Part shown: positions 1 through 8,894 of the stretch, piece by piece
How positions within the stretch are numbered: the first letter of the stretch is position 1
Layout of the letters: the number at the start of each line of letters is the position of its first letter
Source: Planctomycetota bacterium
Lineage (GTDB): Bacteria > Planctomycetota > UBA11346
DNA: 43,797 nt
Assembly (NCBI GenBank): GCA_038213805.1
Contig: JBBQSO010000043.1
Coordinates: 1 to 43,797, forward strand
Reading direction: 5' to 3'
Position numbers and translations under genes: made by a program
Notes under the pieces: generated by a model
Databases searched by the model: none
Told to the model about the DNA's origin: nothing
What the model saw: only the letters and a program-made list of their open reading frames with translations

Positions 1-1470
1 GAGGCGGCCAAGGGCGTCTCCAAGCGCATCGAGGACCCCGCGGTCCGCAAGCGCCTGAAGAACATCCTCGCCACCTGCGAGGCGCCGACCGGCTTCGGCT
101 TCATCGTGCGCACCGCCGCCGCGGATCGCGGCGAGGACGAGATCAAGCTCGACTACGAGTTCCTCAAGCGCCTGTGGACCGAGATCGAGTCCCTGTCGAG
201 CCGCGTGCGCGCGCCCGCCTGCCTGTACCAGGAGGCCGACGTGGTGGTGCGCACCCTGCGCGACACCGCCAGCGCCGACGTCCAGTCGATCGTCATCGAC
301 CAGGAGAAGCTGTACGACGAGGCGCGCGCGTTCGCCCAGGTCTTCATGCCCGAGCTGTGCAACCGCATCCAGCTCCACCGCGACGAGCTGCCGCTGTTCA
401 CCTTCTACGGCCTCGAGGAGCGCCTCGCGCGCATCTACGACCGCAAGGTGCAGATGCCATCGGGGGGCACCATAGTCATCGAGCAGACCGAGGCGCTGGT
501 CTCGATCGACGTCAACAGCGCGCGCAACCGCGACGCCGGCGACGTCGAGACCACCGCGCTGATGACCAACCTCGAGGCGACCCAGACCATCGCCCAGCAG
601 CTGGTGCTGCGCGACCTCGGCGGCCTGATCATCATCGACTTCATCGACATGGAGGACCGCGAACACCAGAAGCTGGTGCAGCTCGCCCTGCGCCGCGCGA
701 TGATCGCCGACAAGGCCAAGATCCAGGTCGGCCCGCTGTCGCGCTTCGGCCTGGTTGAGATGACCCGCCAGCGCACCCGTCCCAGCCACAAGCTGCTGGC
801 CTCGACCGAGTGCCCGTACTGCACCGGCACCGGTTCGATCAAAACCACCGAAACCTTCGAGATCGATTGCATGCGCGCGGTGCGCCAGGCGCTCTCCGGC
901 AAGAACCTCTCGCGACTCGAGGTGGTGGTGCCGCAGGACCTCGCCCTGACCGTGCTCAACGCCCGCCACCGCGAGCTCCACGAACTCGAGGAGCGCAGCG
1001 ATTGCCGCATCGTCTTCACCGCCGACGGCGTGATGAAGGCGCGCGAGTTCCGCCTGGTGCCGACCGCGCGCAAGGGCGAACGCCGCGACCGCGGCCAGCA
1101 CCCCGTCCGCCCCAGTTTGCTCGCGCCGCTGATGGTCGAGCAGTCCAAGGCTATGACCCTGGCCAAGGAGCTGGCGGCGATGAAGCCGGACGACCTCGAG
1201 CGCGAGCTTGAGGAGGGCAGCGCCTCTCCTCAGGTGCAGGCTGCGGCCCAGGCCGCTGCGGTCGCCGCGGCCGCGGCGGCAGCCCCCGCCCCGGCCCCAC
1301 GTCAGGTCCCGACCGTCTGGGATGACGCCCTGGTGCTGCGTCGCCTTCTGTTCAGCCCGAACACGCCGGTGACCGTGGCCGCGCCCAGGGCCGTACCCGA
1401 GCTTGCGCCCCAGCGACCCCACGCTAGTGTTCCCGCCCGCCGTTCTTCGCGGGGCCGCCGTCGTCGTTAG
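1..1470 (+). CDS. Rne/Rng family ribonuclease (RNase E/G), 5'-truncated by window edge
   Basis: Frame is open from base 1 (EAAKGVSKRIED...GFIVRTAA). Motifs GGTIVIEQTEALVSIDVNS, RDLGGLIIIDFIDM, FGLVEMTRQR and Zn-link CPYCTGTG; Ala/Pro/Arg-rich tail. Confidence 0.95.
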   Translation, partial: EAAKGVSKRIEDPAVRKRLKNILATCEAPTGFGFIVRTAAADRGEDEIKLDYEFLKRLWTEIESLSSRVRAPACLYQEADVVVRTLRDTASADVQSIVIDQEKLYDEARAFAQVFMPELCNRIQLHRDELPLFTFYGLEERLARIYDRKVQMPSGGTIVIEQTEALVSIDVNSARNRDAGDVETTALMTNLEATQTIAQQLVLRDLGGLIIIDFIDMEDREHQKLVQLALRRAMIADKAKIQVGPLSRFGLVEMTRQRTRPSHKLLASTECPYCTGTGSIKTTETFEIDCMRAVRQALSGKNLSRLEVVVPQDLALTVLNARHRELHELEERSDCRIVFTADGVMKAREFRLVPTARKGERRDRGQHPVRPSLLAPLMVEQSKAMTLAKELAAMKPDDLERELEEGSASPQVQAAAQAAAVAAAAAAAPAPAPRQVPTVWDDALVLRRLLFSPNTPVTVAAPRAVPELAPQRPHASVPARRSSRGRRRR

Positions 1471-1539
1471 GCTTCACGCCATCGTCATCCAAGCTGCCGT
1501 TCCCTGATCGGGCCGGCGACCCATTCCGGAGTGTTTCCC

Positions 1540-1848
1540 ATGTACGCAGTGATCAGTGACCGTGGCCGTCAGTACAAGGCCGTCGCCGGCGCCCGCCTCA
1601 CCATCGATCGCAGCGCGGCTGAGGTCGGCACCTCGATCGACCTGCCCGTCCTGCTCATCGCCGATGATGCCGGCGTCAAGGTCGGCGCGCCCTTCGTGGC
1701 CGGCGCCAAGGCCGTGATCAAGGTCCTGTCGCACATCCGCGGCACCAAGGGCATCGTCGGCAAGTACAAGCGCCGCAAGCACCAGCGCCGCCGCCACGGC
1801 TTCCGCGCCGAGCAGAGCGTTGTCGAAGTGGTTTCGATCTCCGCCTGA
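1540..1848 (+). CDS. rplU: 50S ribosomal protein L21
   Basis: MYAVISDRGRQYKAV...VGAPFV...KYKRRKHQRRRHGFR matches L21; GGAG at 1528-1531 precedes ATG 1540. Confidence 0.95.
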   Translation: MYAVISDRGRQYKAVAGARLTIDRSAAEVGTSIDLPVLLIADDAGVKVGAPFVAGAKAVIKVLSHIRGTKGIVGKYKRRKHQRRRHGFRAEQSVVEVVSISA

Positions 1849-1957
1849 CGTCGCCGCATCGTCCCGGGTGAACCACCCGCCGACGCTGAACACACGTATT
1901 CCTGGCCCGCCGCCACGGCTCTTCAAGCTGTGGCGGCTGCGTTTTGAGGAGAAAGCG

Positions 1958-3631
1958 ATGTCCCTGTCCGCCCTGTTCCAGCGCCTCCGTCTGCCCACCG
2001 CCGCGCTGCTGCTCGGGGCGCTGGCCATGCCGGTCGCACCGGCCATCCAGCTCCAGGACCTCAACCTGGTCTCGCCGGTCAACGGGCAGCCCTTCCCAGC
2101 AGTCGGCACGCCGCCCAACCAGACCGGCGGCGACACGCTCTCGGACATGGGCACCGACGACGACGGCTGCCGGATGTCCTCAGGTGCCAGCGAATACGAC
2201 TTCTACATCGCGACCTGCCCCTACAGCTACTTCAGCGCCATGATCGTCGAGTGGGACGACCGCACCGGGCGCTTCCGCGGCGATCTCACCCCCGAATTCA
2301 AGGCATGGGCGGACAAGGAATTCAACACCGAGCGGCAGATCGACACCAACGACCGCTTCGACAGCCTGGTGCGCAACAACAAGGCGCGCGGCCTGCCGCC
2401 GCCCGACCGCCGTTCCTACGTGATGACGCAGAACGACATCCCGCTCGAGAAGCGCTACCGCTTGGCGCTGTCCTGCTACCAGAAGCGCGGGGCGCGTCCG
2501 ACCGTGCTGGCCAAGCTCGCCCTCACCGGTGCCTGGGCCCTGCGTGCGCGCATGAACCTGTCCGTGACCCTGCAGTCGCTCGCCGGCGGCTACGAGGAGG
2601 TCAACGACAAGATCACGCGCAAGATCAAGGAGGGCGAGAACTTCTCGCTCGCCAAGTGGCTGCCGATCTACCGCGACATCTTTGAGGACGCCAAGCTCAG
2701 CGATGAGGGCTACCTGGTCGCCGGCATGGCGTATTTCGGATTCGCCCTGCGCGACGGCAACGCCCTCGTGTGCCGCAAGATCCTCGACAAGCTCGCCGAA
2801 CGTTTCAAGGACACCAAGGACGGCGAGGTGCTGCGTGGCCTGGTGCGTGAGCGCGCGGCGCGTTTCACCGACTACCTCAAGTTCGAGAGTTCGGCCGCGG
2901 CCAGCTTCATGGAGGCCATCGCCAACGAGGAGTTCAGCCGCCGCCACCTGCCCGAGATCATGCTCGCAGTGGCCGAGAGCCTGCGCCGCAACGGCGACGA
3001 GGCGCGCGCCATGGATTGGTACCTGGCCCTGGCGAAGATGGACGAGACCCAGCCCGCCGACCGCGACGCGATGCGCGCCCAAGGCGGCGCGCCCAGCCCC
3101 GACGCGCCGTACACCATGCAACTCGGTTGGATCGCTGACCGCCACGTCGCAGCGCTGACCAAGCAGGGTCTGGTCCACCCGGGAGTGGTCTCCGGCGTGG
3201 ACAAGCGCCTGCTCGACGCCCTGGTGTTCGAGCACCTCGGCTCGCCCGACTACCACAGCCCCTCGTGGAAGCCGACCACCGGCGCGACCAAGCGCGAGTG
3301 CGAGTTCCTGCTCAGCTTCATCGGCAAGGCCACCGTCGACTTCGCCTTCCGCAACAACACCTGGCCCAAGACCTTTGGCGAACTGTGGGAGCATGACGTC
3401 ATCCGCGACCGCAACTACGTCAACCGCTTCTGCTGCCCGGTCACCGGCAAGCCGTTCCTGTACAAGCCGATGGACGGCGACGTCTCGCACGTCGCACCGA
3501 AGACCGTGATCATCGCCACCGCCGATCCCGTCGACACCAACCAGGGCAAACGCTTCGGCGGTTTCCTGGCGAACGACACCGTGATCTGGAGCGCGACGCC
3601 GCTCGTGCCGGGCGAGCTCGCGCATCCCTGA
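1958..3631 (+). CDS. Exported DUF2225-like protein with pseudopilin-like C-terminal segment
   Basis: GAGGAG before ATG 1958; signal-peptide-like N-terminus; SPVNGQPF / DDDGC / YIATCPYSYFSA / LAKLALTGAWALR resemble the DUF2225 pattern. Family call is by eye. Confidence 0.6.
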   Translation: MSLSALFQRLRLPTAALLLGALAMPVAPAIQLQDLNLVSPVNGQPFPAVGTPPNQTGGDTLSDMGTDDDGCRMSSGASEYDFYIATCPYSYFSAMIVEWDDRTGRFRGDLTPEFKAWADKEFNTERQIDTNDRFDSLVRNNKARGLPPPDRRSYVMTQNDIPLEKRYRLALSCYQKRGARPTVLAKLALTGAWALRARMNLSVTLQSLAGGYEEVNDKITRKIKEGENFSLAKWLPIYRDIFEDAKLSDEGYLVAGMAYFGFALRDGNALVCRKILDKLAERFKDTKDGEVLRGLVRERAARFTDYLKFESSAAASFMEAIANEEFSRRHLPEIMLAVAESLRRNGDEARAMDWYLALAKMDETQPADRDAMRAQGGAPSPDAPYTMQLGWIADRHVAALTKQGLVHPGVVSGVDKRLLDALVFEHLGSPDYHSPSWKPTTGATKRECEFLLSFIGKATVDFAFRNNTWPKTFGELWEHDVIRDRNYVNRFCCPVTGKPFLYKPMDGDVSHVAPKTVIIATADPVDTNQGKRFGGFLANDTVIWSATPLVPGELAHP

Positions 3632-3658
3632 TCCGGTACGGCGGCACGCGATGGTCAA

Positions 3659-3785
3659 GGTGCGGAGTGCGGAGTGCGGAATGCGGAGTGCGGTTGCCGC
3701 ACTCGCGTTGTGCGTGGACCGCGCCGTTCCTGCCCTCACCGTGCAACGCGCACCGTCCCGCACTCCGCACTCCGCACCCCGCACC
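3659..3785. repeat. Inverted heptamer tandem repeats (GTGCGGA)n ... (TCCGCAC)n
   Basis: ggtgcggagtgcggagtgcggaatgcggagtgcgg at 3659-3693 and ccgcactccgcactccgcaccccgcacc at 3758-3785. Confidence 0.9.
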
Positions 3786-3822
3786 ATGGCCTCCGGTCGG
3801 GTCTGCTGCCAGAGTCTCCCCG

Positions 3823-4773
3823 ATGATGCGGGCCGCGGTGTTGAGTGAAGTCATCGGCCAACCCGGACCGACCCGACTGCTGGCGCGCCTGATCGCGCGC
3901 GATCGCCTACCGCACGCGCTGATCCTTGCCGGCCTGCCTGGCTGCGGGCGGCGCACCCTGGCGCGCGCCATCGCCGCCGCGCTGCTCTGCCAGCAGCGCG
4001 TCGCTGGCGATGCCTGCGGGATCTGCGCTTCATGCCGGCTGGTCGCCGAGGACACCCATCCCGACCTGGTCGCCCTGCCCCACGACAGCAGCGGCGACGA
4101 ACTCGGCGTCGAGCTGGTGCGCAGCGCGGTCGTCGAGGGCGCGCAGCAGAGCCCGCTGCTGGGCAACCAGCGCGTCTTCATCCTGCCTGGCGCCGAGCGC
4201 CTCGGCCTGCCCGCCGCCAACGCCCTGCTCAAAGTCCTCGAGGAGCCGCCTCCCGGCACCTACCTGGTCATGACCGTGGCCAGCGAGGCGCAGCTGCTGA
4301 CGACCATCCGCTCGCGCGCGCAGCTCCTGCGCCTGCAACCGCTCGCCACCGCCGACCTGGAACGCGTGCTTGAGCGCGGCGGCCTGCCGCCCGCCACCGC
4401 ACGCCTGCGCGCGCCGCAGGGCGCGGGCAGCCATCGCGGGCTGTGGGACGATGACGAGGCGGCGCCACCGGTGGACGCGCTGCTCGCGCTGTGCCGCGAG
4501 GGCCACCGCTCCGCGCTGGTCGGCGAACTCGCCGCCGCCCTGCCGCAGAAGGCGCGCGAGGACCACGGCCGCACCCTCGCCGCGGAACAGCGCCGCGTGC
4601 TCGGTCAGTGGCTGCGTGCGCTGGCGCAGGCGCTGCGCGCCGACCTGCGCGGCCCCGGCGCCGCGCGCGCCGCCGATCTCATCGAGCGCGTCCACCAGGC
4701 GGAGCAGGACCTGCGCCGCAATCTCAGCCCGCACCTGGTCATCGATGGGCTGGGGCTGGGGGCGAGGAACTGA
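3823..4773 (+). CDS. holB: DNA polymerase III subunit delta'
   Basis: VIGQ, RLPHALILAGLPGCGRR, CGICASC, HPDL, AANALLKVLEEPP, TIRSR motifs. Start uncertain (3823/3826/3838). Confidence 0.9.
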   Translation: MMRAAVLSEVIGQPGPTRLLARLIARDRLPHALILAGLPGCGRRTLARAIAAALLCQQRVAGDACGICASCRLVAEDTHPDLVALPHDSSGDELGVELVRSAVVEGAQQSPLLGNQRVFILPGAERLGLPAANALLKVLEEPPPGTYLVMTVASEAQLLTTIRSRAQLLRLQPLATADLERVLERGGLPPATARLRAPQGAGSHRGLWDDDEAAPPVDALLALCREGHRSALVGELAAALPQKAREDHGRTLAAEQRRVLGQWLRALAQALRADLRGPGAARAADLIERVHQAEQDLRRNLSPHLVIDGLGLGARN

Positions 4774-4778
4774 TTGCA

Positions 4779-5017
4779 ACGGCTGACGGCTCGTCATTCC
4801 AGAGCCGCATCCTGGTGACGGCGCCGTGCGGATCGCTGGGAGCGGCGCTGGCGCGCAGTTCCGGATCCCTTGCCGGTCGCACCCTGGCAGGTACCGGCCA
4901 TCGCCTGACGAAATGTTGTCGGGCGTGGAGCATGCGATGCGCGCGATGCGAATCGTCGGCGCTCTCAGGCGCGTGGTGCGGATTCAACCGTCGGCTGCCA
5001 GCCGTCAGCCGTCAGCC
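4779..5017. repeat. Intergenic element bounded by inverted heptamer repeats (GGCTGAC / GTCAGCC)
   Basis: acggctgacggct 4779-4791 is the exact reverse complement of agccgtcagccgt 5000-5012, which lies within cagccgtcagccgtcagcc. Confidence 0.65.
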
Positions 5018-5201
5018 ACGTCCAACGCATCACCCCATCACGCTCCAGCGATCCTCCTCCATATGCATCGCATGATGCAAACGCGTCACCGTTCGTCACG
5101 TTCGCACGGGTTTTTCCGTGGTCATGGGTGCGCGACGGGTGCACGCCGCCGTTGCAATGCCATCTCCCGTTGGTTGAATCCTGCTACCTACGGAGTGACC
5201 T

Positions 5202-6011
5202 ATGGGACGCGATGCACTGCTCGACATGTACCTCAAGGACGTCTCAGGTTTCAAGGTGCTCACCCGCGAGAGCGAGTGCGAGCTGGCGCGCAAGCTGCGC
5301 GCCGGCGACAAGAATGCGCGCCAGGAGATGATCCAGTGCAACCTGCGCCTGGTGGTCAGCGTCGCCCGCCAATATGAGAACCAGGGCATGCAGATCCTGG
5401 ACGTCATCGAAGAGGGCAACATCGGCCTGATGCGCGCGGTCGAGCGCTTCGACCCCGACATGGAGTGCCGCTTCTCCACCTACGCGGTGCACTGGATCAA
5501 GCAGGGCATCCGCCGCGCGCTGCTTGAGAAGGTCAAGAACATCCGCGTGCCCGCCTACATGGCCGAGCTCGTGGCACGCTGGAAGAAGCTGGTACGCGAA
5601 CAGCCGCACATCACCGACGTCGAGGAGATCGTCAAGGCGCTCAAGCTGCCGAAGGAGAACATCAAGCTCATCCAGCGCATCATGCGCACCGCCCAGATCA
5701 ACGGCACCAACCTCGACACCGAGGACGTCTCCGAGCTCTCCGGTTTCTTCGAGGACGACCACATCGAGTGCGACCCCGAGGCGGTGGTCGGCGGGCGCGA
5801 GGACGTCACCCTGCTCCAGCAGCGCCTCAGCCAGCTGACCAAGCGCGAGGCCGACATCCTGCGCTACCGCTATGGCATGGACCAGTTCCCGGTCCTGACC
5901 CTTGAGGAGATCGGCACCATCTTTGACCTGACCCGCGAGCGCGTGCGCCAGATCGAGGCCAAGGCGATGAAGCGGCTGCGCGACATGATTCCCGTTGAGA
6001 CGGTGCTCTAA
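5202..6011 (+). CDS. Sigma-70 family RNA polymerase sigma factor (RpoD/RpoS-like, no region 1.1)
   Basis: LDMYLKDV (1.2), NLRLVVSVARQY (2.1), EGNIGLMRAVERFDP, RFSTYAVHWIKQ (2.3/2.4), TLEEIG..FDLTRERVRQIE (4.2); GGAG upstream. Confidence 0.95.
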   Translation: MGRDALLDMYLKDVSGFKVLTRESECELARKLRAGDKNARQEMIQCNLRLVVSVARQYENQGMQILDVIEEGNIGLMRAVERFDPDMECRFSTYAVHWIKQGIRRALLEKVKNIRVPAYMAELVARWKKLVREQPHITDVEEIVKALKLPKENIKLIQRIMRTAQINGTNLDTEDVSELSGFFEDDHIECDPEAVVGGREDVTLLQQRLSQLTKREADILRYRYGMDQFPVLTLEEIGTIFDLTRERVRQIEAKAMKRLRDMIPVETVL

Positions 6012-6034
6012 AGGCGTCCTTCGCGAAAAGGGAA

Positions 6035-6177
6035 GGATCGATCAGGAGGCGCGGAGACGCGGAGCCTTGAGGAGGTGAGCGTGGCCGAGCCGATCGCCTT
6101 CCGCGCTACTTGGCCTCTCACCGACCCTGCGGCCGACCTCCTCCGACCTCCGCGTCTCCGCGCCTCCTGTTCGATCC
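6035..6177. repeat. Long intergenic inverted repeat between convergent genes
   Basis: caggaggcgcggagacgcggag 6043-6064 pairs perfectly with ctccgcgtctccgcgcctcctg 6148-6169; extended by ggatcga/tcgatcc. Confidence 0.9.
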
Positions 6178-6201
6178 TGTCTTCCTGAGGGACCTGCTCC
6201 C

Positions 6202-7236
6202 TCACAGCCTCTGCAGGCAGCTCACGAACTCGTTCTCGAGGTAAGATTTCCAGCGCTGCATGAGCTTGGCGTTCAGGCGCTCGCGGGCGACGCTGTCGGT
6301 CAGGCCGCTGGAGCGGAACTTGACGGACAGGCCGCCCAGGTTGCGGCCATCCTTGCCGTTCTCGACCGAGGCGACGAAGGTCGCGTCGAGGCGCTCGAGC
6401 CCATCGATGTTCAGGGCGGTGACCTCCTGCAGGCTCAGGCGCACGCGCAGGGCCGGCTGGGGGTTGCCGGCAACGATGTTCAGGCCCATGCCGGCGGCGG
6501 CATCATTGAGCTGGGCCTGGATCGGGGCGAGGTTGGGATCGGCGTTGATGTCGACAGAGATCAGCCCGGCCACCGCGGCGAGCTGCTGGCGCAGGCCGGC
6601 GCTGGACATCGGCGCGGTCTGGACGGCGGCCTCGCCCGCAGCCAAGCGCAGGCGCGCGGCCTGCTCTTCGCGCTCGCGCACCAGCGGCAGCAGTGCGAGG
6701 TAGTTGCGCGCGGCGTTGCCGACCGGCGTGGAGGTGGCCTCGGGCGCGGCGGGGGCGGCCGCCATGGTGGCCCGGATATGGCCGTCGAGCTGGTCGATGC
6801 GCGCGCGCAGGGCGTCGGCCCAGCCGGCGCGGTTGAAGGTGATCATCACGTAGAGGCAGCTGGGCGCGTCGAACTGCTTGTCGAGCTGCACGCCGGGCAG
6901 GTCATCGATGAGCAGGGGCGGCTCGCCGGCTGCGGTCGCGGGCACGAAGCCGTCGTCAAGATCGCTGCCGTCGCTGCGCAGGACCACGTGCAGCTGGCTG
7001 GCGAGGTTGCGGCGCGCGTCGGTCATGGCCTTGGCGCGGTCGTGCTGCGGGTCGGCGCCGACCGCATAGATCAGGCGCGCGTCAATGGGCGGATTGGAGA
7101 ACCACGCCGGGGCGTTGTCGTCGGGCTTCACCCGGCTCGGCCCGCGGTTCGGGCGGAACTCGCAGCCCGCGAGCGCCAGGGCGGCCAGGCCGGCGGCGAG
7201 GATGGGTGCGGAGAAGGCGTGGCGAGAGGTGCGCAT
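6202..7236 (-). CDS. Lipoprotein, LPP20-like
   Basis: MRTSRH...LAALALAGC lipobox; APAWF...IYAVG...AMTDARRNLASQL resembles LPP20; AGGA upstream of ATG 7236. Confidence 0.7.
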   Translation of the reverse strand: MRTSRHAFSAPILAAGLAALALAGCEFRPNRGPSRVKPDDNAPAWFSNPPIDARLIYAVGADPQHDRAKAMTDARRNLASQLHVVLRSDGSDLDDGFVPATAAGEPPLLIDDLPGVQLDKQFDAPSCLYVMITFNRAGWADALRARIDQLDGHIRATMAAAPAAPEATSTPVGNAARNYLALLPLVREREEQAARLRLAAGEAAVQTAPMSSAGLRQQLAAVAGLISVDINADPNLAPIQAQLNDAAAGMGLNIVAGNPQPALRVRLSLQEVTALNIDGLERLDATFVASVENGKDGRNLGGLSVKFRSSGLTDSVARERLNAKLMQRWKSYLENEFVSCLQRL

Positions 7237-7345
7237 GGTGCGTTTTCCTGAGTCGTGCGGCGTGCCGGACAGGGCCCGGGTTGTGGGCATCCCAGCCGGA
7301 AGGGCGGGGAAGGGGAGGCCAGGGTGGGTCAAGGTTGAACGGCGC

Positions 7346-8872
7346 TCATCCGTCCCGGCTTTCGGCGGGGACGCCGAGGCAGGTGATGTAGACCACGGCC
7401 TGCTCGACCGGGATGCCGAGCAGCTCGGTCACCTGGTCGTCGAAGAAGCCGCCGATGCCGCTCGCGCCCAGGCCCTCGGCGAGGGCGGCGAGGTCGAGGC
7501 GCTCGCCGAGCATGCCGGCGTCGAGGTGCAGGTAGCGGTAGGCGCGGTCGCCCTGGCGCGCCACGGCCTGGACAAGGTCGGCGGTGTGGAAGACCACCGC
7601 CGCGGCGTCGCCGCCGAGGTCCTGTCCCAGGCACAGGAAACGCACCGCGTCGCGCGCGCAGTCGGCGCGCAGCAGGCGCAGTTCGTGACTGGCGGGCGCA
7701 TAGTAGTAGACGCCGGTGGCCAGGCCGTCGACCGACAGCACCGCCACGAAGGTCATCAGCAGGGTGCGGTCGAGCGCGGGCTGTGCACCCAAGCCTACGC
7801 GCTCGGGCGCGTAGGCCGCGGCGAGCACGCGCGCCAGCGCCGCGAGCGGCATGGCGGCGCGGCGGAAGCGGCGCGTGCTGCGGCGGTGCAGGATGGCGGT
7901 GAGCGGATCGGTGGCGAGGGGGCTCGCGCCTTGCGTCGGCAGCGGCACGCCGCCGCGTAGACCGTAGCGCACCTCGAGGCCGTCGGCCTGGTCCTCGCCA
8001 TGCGCGACCAGTGCTGGACGCTCAGTTCCCAGGCAGCTGGCGCGGTGCAGGGCCGCGAAGGTGCCGGGCTCCTCGGTGTTGGCGGTGCGCGATCCGGCCG
8101 GGCTGGGGAGCGCGCTCCAGGCGGGGCGCTCGGTCGGGCCCGGCAGATTGAGGGCTATCACGGCGAGCGCCCCTTCCTCGTCCGGCTCGACGCGCAGCAG
8201 CGTGTTCAGCGTGCGATCGCAGAAGGCCGCGGTCAGCGTGGCGCGCAGACCGAGCGCGTGCGCGGCGAGCGTGGCGTTGGCGATCATGTGCCCGCTGTCG
8301 AGCAGGATGCGGCGGTAGGCACGCTCCTGGTAGCGCCAGGCGCTGCGCTGGAAGACCCCGGTGACGACCAGCGCGAGTGGCGCCGCGGCGACCGCGGCGT
8401 GCTGGTAACATGCGGCAGCCAGGCCCTCAGCGATCTCTTCGCCCGGCCACAGCGGGACCAGCTGGTGGCGGCGCGGGTCGTAGCCGTAAAGTCCGTCCTC
8501 AAGCCCTTCGGCGCCGCGCGCGACCACGTACAGCTCGGCCGGGTAGAGGCCGCCCGCCGAGGGCGCCGCGCGCAGGAACAACGGCCGCGGCTGGGCCTGC
8601 ACCACGCCGGTGATGCCATAGGCGAAGAACATCAGGCGCGCGAGGTTGGTGAGGTCGAGGACGCCATCCCGCGGCATGCCCAGCGCGGGGTCGCGCGGCT
8701 CGCCGGTGAACGGGTTGGGATCGAAAGGCAGGAAGCGCGCCATGCCCACCGGCGCGGCACTGTCGTAGTCCTTGCACGGCTCTGGCTGCGCGTCCCAGTC
8801 CAGCCCCGGATGCTGACCGATGGAGTCCGGGTGGTACTTGGTGGCGGTGTGGTAGGCGAGGGCGGTGGACAT
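7346..8872 (-). CDS. SagB/ThcOx-family dehydrogenase (tandem nitroreductase-fold flavoprotein)
   Basis: YHTATKY, LRAAPSAGGLYPAELY, WRYQERAYRRILLDSGH; second domain RRSTRRF...RAYRYLHLDAG...GIGGFFDD. Confidence 0.9.
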   Translation of the reverse strand: MSTALAYHTATKYHPDSIGQHPGLDWDAQPEPCKDYDSAAPVGMARFLPFDPNPFTGEPRDPALGMPRDGVLDLTNLARLMFFAYGITGVVQAQPRPLFLRAAPSAGGLYPAELYVVARGAEGLEDGLYGYDPRRHQLVPLWPGEEIAEGLAAACYQHAAVAAAPLALVVTGVFQRSAWRYQERAYRRILLDSGHMIANATLAAHALGLRATLTAAFCDRTLNTLLRVEPDEEGALAVIALNLPGPTERPAWSALPSPAGSRTANTEEPGTFAALHRASCLGTERPALVAHGEDQADGLEVRYGLRGGVPLPTQGASPLATDPLTAILHRRSTRRFRRAAMPLAALARVLAAAYAPERVGLGAQPALDRTLLMTFVAVLSVDGLATGVYYYAPASHELRLLRADCARDAVRFLCLGQDLGGDAAAVVFHTADLVQAVARQGDRAYRYLHLDAGMLGERLDLAALAEGLGASGIGGFFDDQVTELLGIPVEQAVVYITCLGVPAESRDG

Positions 8873-8894
8873 CGGGCTCGTTGGTGGCGATGCG

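Noticed and set aside
3667..3822. N-terminal extension of HolB (and similar extensions at 1820, 9998, 16241, 23636, 24690, 29310, 42045)
   Set aside because: They run through repeats, intergenic DNA or neighbouring genes; downstream starts match family N-termini and mostly have ribosome-binding sites.
4826..5377. 183-aa ORF upstream of the sigma gene
   Set aside because: Overlaps the sigma gene out of frame, has Arg-rich non-protein-like composition and crosses a repeat arm.
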